A DNA stretch of 64,000 nucleotides from an uncultured delta proteobacterium. Lineage in GTDB: Bacteria; Desulfobacterota; Binatia; Binatales; Binataceae. Under the pieces are notes generated by a model. It was not told the DNA's origin and did not search any database. It saw only the letters and a list, made by a program, of their open reading frames with translations. The stretch spans positions 1,757,748 to 1,821,747 of the forward strand of contig CAWDFL010000003.1 in assembly GCA_963801665.1 (NCBI GenBank). The letters are read 5' to 3'. Position numbers and translations under genes: made by a program. Shown piece after piece: positions 36,723 to 47,053 of the stretch. Positions within the stretch are counted from its first letter, which is position 1. The number at the start of each line of letters is the position of its first letter.

Positions 36723-38096
36723 TCACGACGCGGCCGCGTTCGCTTCGGTCTGCGCGGTCATCAGGCGCTGCGCGTATGGCATGATCGTCGCGAACAGATC
36801 GACCCGCGAATCGAGCGTCTTGCCCAGCCCCGACAGCAGGCCCATCACGCGGTTCACCAGCAGCACGTCGCCCGGAACCTCGACGATCGGATTGGCGCGC
36901 AGCGCGCGCGGCAGCTCGTCGTTGAATTTGTCGACCAGCTCCTTGTCCGCGTACGCCTTGTTGCGTGTGACCGTCTGTCCAAGGAAAAGATCGGCAACCG
37001 TCAGGAGCGTATCGGGCGAGCCGTCGCGGGTGCGGAAGCCGAGCTCGGTAAACGCGCGGATTGTCGCCGCGCGATCCGAGGTCAAGATCGCGAAGGTCAG
37101 GCGGACCATCCCGTCGCGGAACGCGGGCGGAAAATCCTTGGCCAATCCGAAATCCAGATAGACCAGGCGCGGACCGGGCTGGACCAGGATATTTCCCGGA
37201 TGCGGGTCCGCGTGAAAAAATCCGTCGCGCAGGATCATCGCGCAGAACTGGTCCATCAGCTTCTGCGCAACCGCGCGCTTGTCAATTCCGGCGCGTTCGA
37301 GCGCGGCAACGTCGGTGATCTTGATCCCCTCGATCAGCTCCATCGTCAGCACGCGGCGCGCGCTGAACTCGCGATAAATCTCCGGCACGCCGACCGCGGG
37401 ATCGCCGGCGAAGTTGCGCCGGATCGTGTCGGCATTGTCGGCCTCGTGGACAAAGTCCAGCTCCATCGGGATGTACTTCAGGCCCTCGCGCGCGACCACC
37501 TGCAGATCGAAATCGCGCTCGAGCCACGCGAGCCATTTGAGGACCAGCAGCAGGTTGCGAAGATCGGCGCGGACGATCCCCTCGATTCCCGGATACTGCA
37601 CCTTGACCGCGCATCGGCGCCCGTCATGCAGCCGCGCAGCGTGCACCTGCGCGAGCGAGGCCGACGCGATCGGCACCGGATCGAACTCGGCGTATGCGGA
37701 TTCGAGCGGGCGGCCGAGCTCGCGCTCGATCTGCTCGCGAATCACAGGGAACGGACGCGGCGGAACACGATCGTGCAGTCCAGCGAGAGTTGAAACCCAT
37801 TCGTCGGGCAGGACATCGGCGCGAGTCGCGATAAATTGCGAGGCCTTGATGAGCAGGCCTTCGAGCCGGATCGCGGTTGCGTACATCGCACGCGCAGCGC
37901 GCAAATCCTGGCGTCGATAGAGCGCGGCCTTGTTGCGCGCCGACACGAATCGGGTCCAGAGCTGCACCGATTTGTAGCCAACGTAAACCCGGGCTGCGAG
38001 CCAGACGACGTTTAAGAAGCGCCATGCTCGCGTCGCGAGGCCGGGCGCCGGGAGGTCTGGCGGAAATTCTATCCGGTCGATGCTGCTGGAGGTCAT
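36723..38096 (-). CDS. ABC1/UbiB-family atypical protein kinase
   Basis: ABC1 kinase-like domain (VAVKVQYPGI, HADPHPGNILV, DFG). Confidence 0.85.
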   Translation of the reverse strand: MTSSSIDRIEFPPDLPAPGLATRAWRFLNVVWLAARVYVGYKSVQLWTRFVSARNKAALYRRQDLRAARAMYATAIRLEGLLIKASQFIATRADVLPDEWVSTLAGLHDRVPPRPFPVIREQIERELGRPLESAYAEFDPVPIASASLAQVHAARLHDGRRCAVKVQYPGIEGIVRADLRNLLLVLKWLAWLERDFDLQVVAREGLKYIPMELDFVHEADNADTIRRNFAGDPAVGVPEIYREFSARRVLTMELIEGIKITDVAALERAGIDKRAVAQKLMDQFCAMILRDGFFHADPHPGNILVQPGPRLVYLDFGLAKDFPPAFRDGMVRLTFAILTSDRAATIRAFTELGFRTRDGSPDTLLTVADLFLGQTVTRNKAYADKELVDKFNDELPRALRANPIVEVPGDVLLVNRVMGLLSGLGKTLDSRVDLFATIMPYAQRLMTAQTEANAAAS

Positions 38097-38191
38097 GAAT
38101 TGAGCGGATGCGCCTGCGGTAACCGTTACTACTGTAGATGAAGAACCGCGGTCGTAGAACCATTTGATACGGTCGTGGAATTGGCGCCTGA

Positions 38192-38220
38192 TTGACGGCG
38201 GTCGGACCCCGCGATACTAT
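38192..38220 (+). promoter_or_regulatory. Sigma70-type promoter TTGACG-17-TACTAT
   Basis: Near-consensus hexamers with 17-bp spacer, about 120 nt upstream of an intrinsic terminator and 170 nt upstream of the MFS start. Confidence 0.5.
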
Positions 38221-38313
38221 GCGCGTCATGAAGCCAAGTAACGCAGTTCGCCTGGTCCCCAATTCAGGTCGTGTCCTCATGAATTGAGACGGACTCCGAT
38301 ACCTGGCTTTTAA

Positions 38314-38360
38314 AAGCCCCGCTGGTTTCGGAACCGGCGGGGCTTTTGTTTTTTTGTTTT
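38314..38360 (+). terminator. Intrinsic terminator/attenuator hairpin with long T tract
   Basis: aagccccgc-tggtttcggaacc-gcggggctt followed by ttgtttttttgtttttg. Confidence 0.7.
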
Positions 38361-38389
38361 TGTCGTTGGGTTTGTTTTGGAGGGGAGCG

Positions 38390-39641
38390 TTGCCAAGTTA
38401 CGACGCAAACGGCGCGGTACGCGGAATTACGCGGCGCTACTACGCGGTATGGCTAATCTACTCGCTGGCGGGTGGATTCCTGTTCGGCGTATACCCGATC
38501 TTCCTGCACTCGCGCGGACTCGACCAGTTCGAGATCAACAGCGTGCTGGCGGCGTACTTCGTTGTGCTGTTTTTGACCGATGTGCCGACGGGCGCATTCG
38601 CCGACGCTCTGGGCCGGCGCCGATCGTTCGTGCTCGGCACCGCGCTGCGCGCGTGCGCATTCGTGGTGTATTTCTTCGCGCGGCATTACTGGGTGTTCCT
38701 GATTGCCGAGAGTATCGACGGGATCGGCACCACCTTCGGCAACGGCGCGATCGACGCGTGGGGCGTCGATGCGCTCGACATGGCGGGATACGAAGGGCTG
38801 AAGGATCGCCTGTTTTCGCGCATCATGCAGCTCACCACGATTGGCTTCATGGTCTCGGCGATTTTCGGCGCGTATATCGCCGACATCAATATCGCGTGGC
38901 CGTGGCTGTGCGGCGCGGCGGGCTACGTGATCAGCGCGGCGATCGGATATTCGCTGATGACGGGCGAGAAACCGAATTCCGAGGGCGTCCATCTGCTCGC
39001 GATTCCCGGGATGATCGTGCGCCGGGTTATCAGCGGGTTCAGCGCGGGCTTCGACAGCAAAGTGGTCCTGATGCTTAGCGCAGCAGGCGCGATCCAGGTT
39101 GCGGCGTGGTCGCCGTACTGGCTCGAATGGCCGCTACTCGATGAACCAGAGCTACGGCGTCGGCGTCTGGATTATCGGATGGATATACTGCGCGCTGTCG
39201 GCGGCGCGGATGCTGGGCGCGGAGATCGTCTCGCGCACACGGCCCGATCAGTCAGCGCGCGCGGGGCGAATAGCGGCGCTGGTCGGCGTGGCGAGCGTGC
39301 TGCTCGCGGTGGCCGGGATGCTCCAGACCCGGCCGAATATTGTCCTGATGATTCTGTTCGTGATGAACATTTTCTCGGGCGCGACGCAGCCGCTCTTGCA
39401 GAGCTGGTTCAACGAGCAGGTTGAATCGGAGCAACGCGCAACGCTGCTATCGTTCAACAGCACCTTTGCGACTATGGGCGGTTCGGTCGGACTGATCGCC
39501 AACGGATTTATCGCCGACCGCGCCGGTCTGCCGGTAGCGTGGCAATTCGCCGGGCTGCTCTCGCTGCTGGCGATTCCTTGCTACCTCGCGCTGCGCACCG
39601 GCACCGGCGCGATCGAGATCGAGGCGCCGGCCGCGAAATAA
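38390..39641 (+). pseudogene. MFS transporter split by a +1 frameshift near 39110-39125 (pseudogene or sequencing error)
   Basis: N-terminal six TM helices in the frame of ORF 38354..39424 (TTG start at 38390 preceded by GGAGG), C-terminal six TM helices in ORF 39099..39641; junction ...PYWLEW / SMNQSYGVGVWII. Confidence 0.6.
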
Positions 39642-39706
39642 GGGGAGTAGATGCAGCTCCGCCCGCGGTGCGATTAGCGCGCGGGCGGAGGTGGCGGGTT
39701 CGGTGG

Positions 39707-39928
39707 TCAGCGACGCGGCGCTTTCCGGATCGTCTTCAGGATAAAGATAAAATCCTGCTTGGACAAAATCGACCCGAGCATCGCGAGATGGGACAGCGCT
39801 TCCATCTCCTGATCGGTGATCTTGTGACGCGCGCGCAGTCCCTGGTCGGACTGAAATGACTGCCAGACCTCGCGCCGGAAGGTGGTGTCGCCAGTGGTTT
39901 TCGTCGGTGCGTGATTTTGCGTTGCCAT
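39707..39928 (-). CDS. Small hypothetical protein (73 aa) in an AT-richer patch
   Basis: ATG at 39928 preceded by AGGGGA RBS; the promoter and operator-like palindrome just upstream support it as a real gene. Confidence 0.5.
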   Translation of the reverse strand: MATQNHAPTKTTGDTTFRREVWQSFQSDQGLRARHKITDQEMEALSHLAMLGSILSKQDFIFILKTIRKAPRR

Positions 39929-39950
39929 TTTTCCCCTGCGTATCGAGAAT

Positions 39951-39979
39951 GTTATACTCGATGCAGTTAATTCATGCAA
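39951..39979 (-). promoter_or_regulatory. Sigma70 promoter TTGCAT-17-TATAAC with a palindrome atcgagTATAACattctcgat over the -10
   Basis: Read on the minus strand, about 20 nt upstream of the small gene ATG. Confidence 0.5.
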
Positions 39980-40285
39980 ACAGTTTGAGTGCCTTGTCAT
40001 AACAAAACGTGTCATGCCTGAGCGCGCCCGGCTCAAACGTTCGGCCGAGGCGGAATTCCGGCGAAAATGGCGCGCTGGGCGGAGGCGCCATACCACTTCC
40101 GGCGGAGTCAGATGCGGCCTTCATAGCAAGGACGAACGAGCCGGTGGCATGAACTATTCAGCCTGATTTTCCGGGGTTTATTTCTGTAGCGGCGATGCCA
40201 CTAGCGGCGCGCTGGAGCGTCCGTTAAAACTATATTCTCACGCGGCGCATATCGTGCGCCCCCGAAGAGGACAAGTCGAAGTCAG

Positions 40286-41500
40286 ATGGATTTCCCGAGA
40301 ATCAAACGCTTGCCGCCCTACGTTTTCAACGAGATCGGTGATCTGTGCCTGAAGGCGCGCCGGGCCGGCGAGGACATTATCGACTTCGGCATGGGAAATC
40401 CGGACGAAGCTACTCCGCCGCATATCGTAGCCAAGCTGATCGAGGCCGCCGCCAAGGCGCCGAATCATCGCTACTCGGTCTCACGCGGAGTGTACAAGCT
40501 CCGGCTCGCAATCACCGACTGGTACAAGCGGCGTTACGGGGTCGAACTCGATCCGGACGGCGAAGCGATCGTCACGATCGGTTCGAAGGAAGGGATCGCG
40601 CATATGGCGCTCGCGATCCTCGACCAGGGCGACGTGGTGCTCGCGCCGACGCCGACTTATCCGATTCATCAATACGGATGCATCATTGCGGGTGCGCAGG
40701 TCCAGGGTGTTCCGATGCGCGCGACGGGTGAGGAATTTTACGAAGAGCTGACTGCGATCGTCAGCCGCACGTGGCCGCGGCCAAAATTCCTGATCATGAA
40801 CTTTCCGCATAATCCGACTACGGCGACGGTGGATCTCCGCTTTATGAAGCGGGTCGCCGATTTCGCGCGCGAGAACCAGATGATGGTCGCGCATGATTTC
40901 GCATACGCGGACCTGTGTTTCGACGGTTACGTCGCGCCGTCGTTCATGCAGGTGCCGGGCGCGAAGGAGATCGGGGTGGAGTTCTTCACCCTGTCCAAGA
41001 GCTACAACATGCCCGGATGGCGGGTCGGCTTTGCAGTGGGAAATCGCGAGATGATCGGCGCGCTCGCGCGGATGAAATCCTACCTTGACTACGGGATGTT
41101 CGCGCCCGTGCAGGTTGCGGCGATCGCTGCGCTAAACGGCCCGCAAGACTGCGTCTCGGAGATCAACGCGACCTACAAGCGCCGCCGCGATGTGCTGGTC
41201 GAGGGGCTGGTGCGCGCGGGATGGCCGGTTGAGAAGCCGCGAGCCACAATGTTCGTATGGGCGCCGATTCCCGAGGCGTTTCGCCACATGGGTTCGATTG
41301 CGTTCGCCAAATTTCTGTTGGCCGAAGCCAAAGTCGCGGTGTCGCCGGGCGTTGGGTTTGGCGCCGACGGCGATGGCTTCGTTCGGTTTGCGCTGATCGA
41401 GAATGAACACCGCACGCGCCAGGCCGTGCGCGGAATCCGTCACGCCCTTGCGAGCGCCGGCGCAGGCGCTCCGGTGCGCCGCGCCGCGAGCGTCTCCTGA
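40286..41500 (+). CDS. Class I/II PLP aminotransferase (alanine aminotransferase AlaA/AlaC-like)
   Basis: [16 protein letters not shown]-lysine region, [12 protein letters not shown]-terminal motif. Confidence 0.85.
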   Translation: MDFPRIKRLPPYVFNEIGDLCLKARRAGEDIIDFGMGNPDEATPPHIVAKLIEAAAKAPNHRYSVSRGVYKLRLAITDWYKRRYGVELDPDGEAIVTIGSKEGIAHMALAILDQGDVVLAPTPTYPIHQYGCIIAGAQVQGVPMRATGEEFYEELTAIVSRTWPRPKFLIMNFPHNPTTATVDLRFMKRVADFARENQMMVAHDFAYADLCFDGYVAPSFMQVPGAKEIGVEFFTLSKSYNMPGWRVGFAVGNREMIGALARMKSYLDYGMFAPVQVAAIAALNGPQDCVSEINATYKRRRDVLVEGLVRAGWPVEKPRATMFVWAPIPEAFRHMGSIAFAKFLLAEAKVAVSPGVGFGADGDGFVRFALIENEHRTRQAVRGIRHALASAGAGAPVRRAASVS

Positions 41501-41528
41501 ACGGCCGCGATCTTCACGGCGGTCAGAG

Positions 41529-42836
41529 TTGAAACCGATTCGGATAGCCCTGCTCGGATGCGGCACGGTCGGCGGCGGCGTGGTCAAGCTACTCCGCGCC
41601 AATGCCGCCGCCTATGCGCACAAGCTCGGCGCTCCGCTCCAACTCGCGGGCGTAGCCGATCGCAGTCTCAAACCCGATCGAGCGCTTGGCCTCTCCAGCA
41701 AACTGATCACGCGAGACGCCGCCGCGCTCGTCGTGCGCGAGGACATAGATATCGTCATCGAGCTGTTTGGCGGCACGGAGCCCGCGCGCAGCTTGATCTT
41801 GAAGGCGCTCGCAGCGGGCAAGGACGTGGTGACCGGAAACAAGGCGATGCTCGCGGAGCATGGCGCGGAGATCTTCGGGAGCGCGGCGCGCCACGGCCGC
41901 AGCGTCGGCTTTGAGGCCAGCGTCGGCGGCGGTATTCCGATTATCCGCATCCTGCGCGAGGGTCTGGTCGGCGACCGTCATCGCGCCGTGTACGGAATCG
42001 TCAACGGCACCTGCAACTCGATTCTCACTACAATGAGCGCGAGCGGGGCCGAGTTCAAAGACGCGCTCGCGGCGGCGCAGCGCGCGGGCCTTGCCGAGCC
42101 CGATCCGAGTCTCGACATTGGCGGCCACGACGCCGCGCACAAGCTGTGCCTGCTGGCCGCGCTCGCGTTCGGCGTGATGCTCAAGCCCGCGCAGGTGCAT
42201 ACCGAGGGGATCACGCGGATCACGCAGGACGATATCGTCTACGCACGCGATCTTGGCTACGTGACCAAGCTGCTCGCGATCGCAAAGGAAGACAGCGGCA
42301 CAATCGAGGCGCGGGTGCATCCGACGCTGCTTCCGCGCGACCACGTGCTGGCGAGCATCAACGACGCCTACAACGCGATCTATATCGACGGAGTGGCGCT
42401 GGGCACCACGCTCTACTCCGGCTTTGGCGCGGGGCAGATGCCCAGCGCGACCGCGGTGCTTGCCGATATAATGGAAATCGCGCGCGAGCGCCGCGCGGGC
42501 GGCTCCGGACGCGCGCATGCGCTGGGGCATCCTGTCGAGCTTATCGGCAAGGCCCGTGTCAAGCCGATGGACGACGTGGTATGCGAATACTACCTGCGTT
42601 TCATGGCGCGCGACGTGCCGGGAGTGCTCGGCGCGATCGCGTCGGTTTTGGGACGCAGCGGGATTTCGATAGCGTCGGTTATCCAGAAGGGCCGCGGAGA
42701 GAAAAAGACCGTGCCGGTGATCATGCGAACCCATTCCGCGCCCGAGCGCAACCTCGTGCGCGCGCTCGAGCGTATCGAGCGCACCCCGATGGTGGACGCG
42801 CGGCCGGCATTCATCCGGATCGAGGAGAATCTTTAA
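41529..42836 (+). CDS. hom: Homoserine dehydrogenase with C-terminal ACT domain
   Basis: [18 protein letters not shown]-binding motif, catalytic region, ACT-like tail; TTG start assumed at 41529, the track ORF starts earlier inside the preceding gene. Confidence 0.85.
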   Translation: MKPIRIALLGCGTVGGGVVKLLRANAAAYAHKLGAPLQLAGVADRSLKPDRALGLSSKLITRDAAALVVREDIDIVIELFGGTEPARSLILKALAAGKDVVTGNKAMLAEHGAEIFGSAARHGRSVGFEASVGGGIPIIRILREGLVGDRHRAVYGIVNGTCNSILTTMSASGAEFKDALAAAQRAGLAEPDPSLDIGGHDAAHKLCLLAALAFGVMLKPAQVHTEGITRITQDDIVYARDLGYVTKLLAIAKEDSGTIEARVHPTLLPRDHVLASINDAYNAIYIDGVALGTTLYSGFGAGQMPSATAVLADIMEIARERRAGGSGRAHALGHPVELIGKARVKPMDDVVCEYYLRFMARDVPGVLGAIASVLGRSGISIASVIQKGRGEKKTVPVIMRTHSAPERNLVRALERIERTPMVDARPAFIRIEENL

Positions 42837-42840
42837 ACCG

Positions 42841-43944
42841 ATGGCGCAGCAGAGCCAATATCGAGACAATCCTCCCCGGCTTAACCGATGGCCCGGGTTG
42901 ATCGAGTATTACCGGCACTTCCTTCCGGTTACCGACGAAACCCCGGTCGTGACCCTGAACGAGGGTAACACCCCGCTAATCGAGGCGCCGCAGCTCGCCG
43001 ACCGTATCGGACCAAACATCAAGGTTTACTTGAAGTTTGAAGGCGCCAACCCGACCGGCTCGTTCAAGGACCGCGGGATGACGCTGGCGATCTCGAAGGC
43101 GCTCGGCGAAGGCGCCAAGGCCGTCATCTGCGCCTCGACCGGCAACACCGCCGCGTCGGCGGCGGCCTACGCGGGACGCGCTGGCCTGCGCGCGTTCGTG
43201 CTGATTCCCAAGGGCGCGGTCGCGCTCGGCAAGCTTTCCCAATCAGTGATGCATGGGGCCAAGGTGCTCGAGATAATCGGCAACTTCGACATCTGCCTCA
43301 AGGTGGTGCGCGATTTGGCCGAGCGCGATCCGCTGCGAATCCGTCTGGTGAACAGCGTTAATCCCGATCGAATCGCCGGGCAGAAGACCGCCGCATTTGA
43401 GATTTGCGACGCGCTCGGCGACGCTCCGACGCATCATTTTCTGCCGGTCGGCAACGCCGGAAACATCACGGCGTACTGGGCCGGCTATCGCGAATACAAA
43501 TCGGTCGGCCGCTCCGAGCGTCTACCGAAGATGATGGGTTACCAGGCGGCGGAGTCCGCGCCGATCGTGGTTGGGCATCCGATTGACGACCCGCACACGG
43601 TCGCGACCGCGATCAAGATTGGCAATCCCGCGAGCTGGACCGGCGCGACCGGCGCGCGCGACGAATCCGCCGGCGTGATCGACATGGTGACCGACGCCGA
43701 GATTCTCGCGGCGTATCGTTTGATCGCGGCGGGCGGCGTGTTCGCAGAACCGGCGTCGGCGGCTTCCGTCGCAGGGTTGATAAAGTACGGCGCCTCGGGC
43801 GCGATCAAGCCGGGCTCGGTTTGCGTGTGCACACTGACGGGCCACGGTCTTAAGGACCCCGACACGGCGCTCAAGAATCTGTCGAACACGATCGTACTCG
43901 AGCCCGATATCAAGAAGCTGATGAAAATTATCGAGCAGGGTTAG
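42841..43944 (+). CDS. thrC: Threonine synthase
   Basis: PLP-lysine motif [10 protein letters not shown], full-length conservation. Confidence 0.9.
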   Translation: MAQQSQYRDNPPRLNRWPGLIEYYRHFLPVTDETPVVTLNEGNTPLIEAPQLADRIGPNIKVYLKFEGANPTGSFKDRGMTLAISKALGEGAKAVICASTGNTAASAAAYAGRAGLRAFVLIPKGAVALGKLSQSVMHGAKVLEIIGNFDICLKVVRDLAERDPLRIRLVNSVNPDRIAGQKTAAFEICDALGDAPTHHFLPVGNAGNITAYWAGYREYKSVGRSERLPKMMGYQAAESAPIVVGHPIDDPHTVATAIKIGNPASWTGATGARDESAGVIDMVTDAEILAAYRLIAAGGVFAEPASAASVAGLIKYGASGAIKPGSVCVCTLTGHGLKDPDTALKNLSNTIVLEPDIKKLMKIIEQG

Positions 43945-43964
43945 CGGGGATTCGGGACATCAGC

Positions 43965-45194
43965 ATGAAGTACGTAATAATCCACGGGGACGGCATGGCC
44001 GACTGGCCGTGCGACGAGTTGGGCGGCAAGACGCCGCTCGAAGCTGCGAACAAACCCAACATGGATCTGCTCGCGACGCGTGGGATTCTTGGGCTTACCG
44101 CCACGATTCCAGCCGGGATGCCCTCGGGCAGCGACGTCGGCACGATGTCGATGCTCGGGTACGACGCGCGGCGCTATCATACCGGACGCGCGCCAATCGA
44201 GGCGGCGAGCCAGGGAATTGCGATGGGTCCGGCGGACGTCGTGTTCCGCATGAACCTGGTCTCACTCGCTCCTGGAGCCGGTGGCACTCAGGTGATGAAC
44301 GATTTCACCGCCGGACATATCAGCAACGAAGAGGCCGCGCGTATCGTCGATGACCTGCGCCGCGAGCTTGGAGGAGACGGAATCGAGTTTTTCAACGGCG
44401 TCAGCTATCGGCATCTGATGGTTTGGCGAGGCGGAATACGCGACACGAAGCTCACTCCACCGCACGACATTTCCGGCAAAGAAATTGGCGGGCATCTGCC
44501 CGAGGGCAACGGCTCGGAGCGCCTGCGCGATCTGATGAAACGCGCCGCCGCGATTCTCGCGCGTCATTCGGTAAATGCGGAGCGCCGCGCCGCGGGTAAA
44601 CCTGAGGCGACCTCGGTCTGGTTCTGGGGGCAGGGGACACGCCCCGCAGTGCCGACGCTGAAGGAGCGCTTCGGAATCGACGGCTCGGTAATCTCGGCGG
44701 TCGATCTGGTCAACGGAATCGGGCGGCTGGCGGGGCTTGCGCCAATCAAGGTGCCGGGAGCAACCGGGTTTCTTGATACCGACTACGGCGCGAAGGCGCG
44801 CTACGGCCTCGAGTCGCTGAAGAATCATGATTTCCTGCTGCTGCATATCGAAGCGCCCGATGAGGCCGGGCATATGGGCCGCGCGGATTTGAAAACCGAG
44901 GCGATCGAAAAGATCGACGAATTGATTATCGGTCCTATGCTTCCGGCGCTGGCCGCGATGGGCGAGTTCGCGATTCTGCTCCAGCCCGATCACGCGACGC
45001 CGTCGAAGTTGAAGACTCACTCGCCCGAGCCGGTTCCGTTCGCGCTGCTCACCTCAAAGGCTTACGCGCGCAAGGACGCTCCGGCGCGCCGCTACACGGA
45101 AGCATCGGGAAAGAGCACCGGGATTGAAGTTGGCGACGGGTACCGATTAATCGAATCACTCTTGGGAAAAGGTGGCGTTCTCGGCCACGCGTGA
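43965..45194 (+). CDS. Cofactor-independent phosphoglycerate mutase homologue, archaeal type (apgM family); putative non-orthologous homoserine kinase
   Basis: MKYVIIHGDGMADWP and alkaline-phosphatase-superfamily metal ligands; sits where thrB is expected, directly after hom-thrC. Confidence 0.8.
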   Translation: MKYVIIHGDGMADWPCDELGGKTPLEAANKPNMDLLATRGILGLTATIPAGMPSGSDVGTMSMLGYDARRYHTGRAPIEAASQGIAMGPADVVFRMNLVSLAPGAGGTQVMNDFTAGHISNEEAARIVDDLRRELGGDGIEFFNGVSYRHLMVWRGGIRDTKLTPPHDISGKEIGGHLPEGNGSERLRDLMKRAAAILARHSVNAERRAAGKPEATSVWFWGQGTRPAVPTLKERFGIDGSVISAVDLVNGIGRLAGLAPIKVPGATGFLDTDYGAKARYGLESLKNHDFLLLHIEAPDEAGHMGRADLKTEAIEKIDELIIGPMLPALAAMGEFAILLQPDHATPSKLKTHSPEPVPFALLTSKAYARKDAPARRYTEASGKSTGIEVGDGYRLIESLLGKGGVLGHA

Positions 45195-45203
45195 ACGGGA
45201 GGA

Positions 45204-46160
45204 ATGATGGAACGCAATCTCGCTCTCGAAGTGGTGCGCGCCACAGAGGCTGCGGCTCTGGCCGCCGCGCGCTTTATCGGCAAAGGCGACGAGCGCACCG
45301 CGGATCGCGCCGCGCAGGACGCGATGCGCAAGACGCTCAACTCGGTCGCGATGGACGGCAAGATCGTCATCGGCGAGGGTACCGCGGACGAAGCCGAGTT
45401 CCTCTATCAGGGCGAGATCGTCGGCAACGGCGCCGGGCCCGAGGTCGATGTCGCGCTCGACGCGCTCGAGGGCTCGCTGATCTGCGCGACCGGCGGTCCC
45501 AACGCGCTGTCGTGCGTCGCGCTGTCGGAGCGCGGCAAGATCCTGCGCTGCCCGGACACTTACATGGACAAGATCGCGGTCGGCCTGGTCGGGCGCGACG
45601 TGGTCGATCTCGATCGTTCGCCGACCGACAATCTCAAAGCGCTGGCCGACGCGAAAAAGGTTTACGTCGAGGATCTGCGCGTCGCGATTCTCGATCGCCC
45701 GCGCCATGAAAAACTGATTGCCGAGGTCCGCCGCGCCGGCGCCGGAATCAAGCTGCTCTCGGCCGGTGACCTTTCCGCCGCGATCGCGACCACTCGGCCC
45801 GAAAGCGAGATCGACATGCTGATCGGCGTCGGCGGAGCGCATCAGGGCGTGCTGGCCGCGGCCGCGATCCGCTCGGTCGGCGGGCAGATGCAGTGCCGCT
45901 TCGTGCCGCGCAATCCGCAGGAGGCCGAAGAGTGCCTCGGGATGGGGATAATGGACTTAAAGCGCCGCTACACGCTCGAGGAGCTGGCGGGCGATAACGT
46001 GATGTTCGCGGCGACGGGTGTTACTACCGGCGATTATTTGCGCGGGGTGCGATTCTTCTCCGGCGGCGCGATGACCAACAGCGTCGTGATGCGCTCGACC
46101 ACGCGCACGGCGCGCTTTATCGAGGCGATTCATCATTTCGATTTCAAGCCGGAATACTAA
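45204..46160 (+). CDS. glpX: Fructose-1,6-bisphosphatase class II
   Basis: Full-length GlpX conservation (MERNLALEVVRATEAAALAAARFIGKGDE..., DALEGS). Confidence 0.9.
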   Translation: MMERNLALEVVRATEAAALAAARFIGKGDERTADRAAQDAMRKTLNSVAMDGKIVIGEGTADEAEFLYQGEIVGNGAGPEVDVALDALEGSLICATGGPNALSCVALSERGKILRCPDTYMDKIAVGLVGRDVVDLDRSPTDNLKALADAKKVYVEDLRVAILDRPRHEKLIAEVRRAGAGIKLLSAGDLSAAIATTRPESEIDMLIGVGGAHQGVLAAAAIRSVGGQMQCRFVPRNPQEAEECLGMGIMDLKRRYTLEELAGDNVMFAATGVTTGDYLRGVRFFSGGAMTNSVVMRSTTRTARFIEAIHHFDFKPEY

Positions 46161-46189
46161 TCTTCGATCCGGCGCAAAGGGAGGGGACT

Positions 46190-46630
46190 ATGAAACGGAT
46201 TTTTTCATCGGTGATCAAACCGATCACTGGAGTCTTCGTTCTGGCGGTGATCTTCGCGGCATGCAGTGCGGCCGGTACCGCGAAACAGAACGACGCCAAG
46301 ATCGGCTGCAAGTTCGACGCGCAGAAGGCCTGTCAGGGCGCTCTAACCGCTCCGCTTACCACCTCTACCGGCTTCACCACCAGCAACCAGAGCTACATCA
46401 CGCAGAATAGCTCCACGACAACCTGGGTGATGGTGCCGGTCAAAGCGCCTGGCGGTTCCGAGGTCGATGTGCAGTGCCAGCTTAACTATGCCAAAAAGCA
46501 GGTCATCTACGCCTATCCGACCGCGAGCGGCACTGTCTCCGACAGCGATCAGCAATGGTTTCATCAGACCGGCATGTGCATCGGGACCGAGGGCACCGAA
46601 GCTGCGCCCAAACTTGGCGCACAGGAATAA
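46190..46630 (+). CDS. Lipoprotein of unknown function
   Basis: Signal peptide and lipobox IFAAC; Ser/Thr-rich mature region; lower-GC codon usage. Confidence 0.55.
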   Translation: MKRIFSSVIKPITGVFVLAVIFAACSAAGTAKQNDAKIGCKFDAQKACQGALTAPLTTSTGFTTSNQSYITQNSSTTTWVMVPVKAPGGSEVDVQCQLNYAKKQVIYAYPTASGTVSDSDQQWFHQTGMCIGTEGTEAAPKLGAQE

Positions 46631-46716
46631 CCAGGCGTTTCCAGGATGATCGCTGACTGGCTAATCCTGAGATTGCACAACCTCATTCACCTAAAGACAA
46701 GCGAGGATAGGCCAGG

Positions 46717-46902
46717 ATGTGGACTCAATTTACTATTGATGGAAAGACCATTCTGGTGAACATGGCGATGGTCTCGCATGTGGTCGAATTGGCTGAGGGA
46801 CAGCGTGGGTGCAAGCTCTTCATGTCGGCGGACAATTTCTTGATCGTCGATCAAGTGATGCGCGAAGTGATGACGAGGCTCGGAATCGATCCGCGCACCT
46901 GA
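46717..46902 (+). CDS. Small hypothetical protein (61 aa)
   Basis: ORF with AGGA RBS, no signal peptide, inside the lower-GC islet. Confidence 0.35.
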   Translation: MWTQFTIDGKTILVNMAMVSHVVELAEGQRGCKLFMSADNFLIVDQVMREVMTRLGIDPRT

Positions 46903-47053
46903 ATTTTCATCCGCTTGCAGAAAATTGATAGTCAGTACGGCCCGCCAGTGCTATCGTCCGAAAATACTTTTGGCCGGGAGCGAAAAGGGGGGCTGTTTGA
47001 GTTATTCAAAAGAGGTGACGGTTCGCGATTCCGCTAGTAACGCTGATGAGCAG

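Noticed and set aside
35742-37793. 683-aa plus-strand ORF
   Set aside because: Antisense to the suhB and ABC1-kinase genes; Arg-rich low complexity
38100-38300. Possible tRNA or known ncRNA in the region upstream of the MFS gene
   Set aside because: No cloverleaf, T-loop (GTTCRANYC) or 4.5S/RNase P conserved blocks; interpreted instead as promoter plus leader
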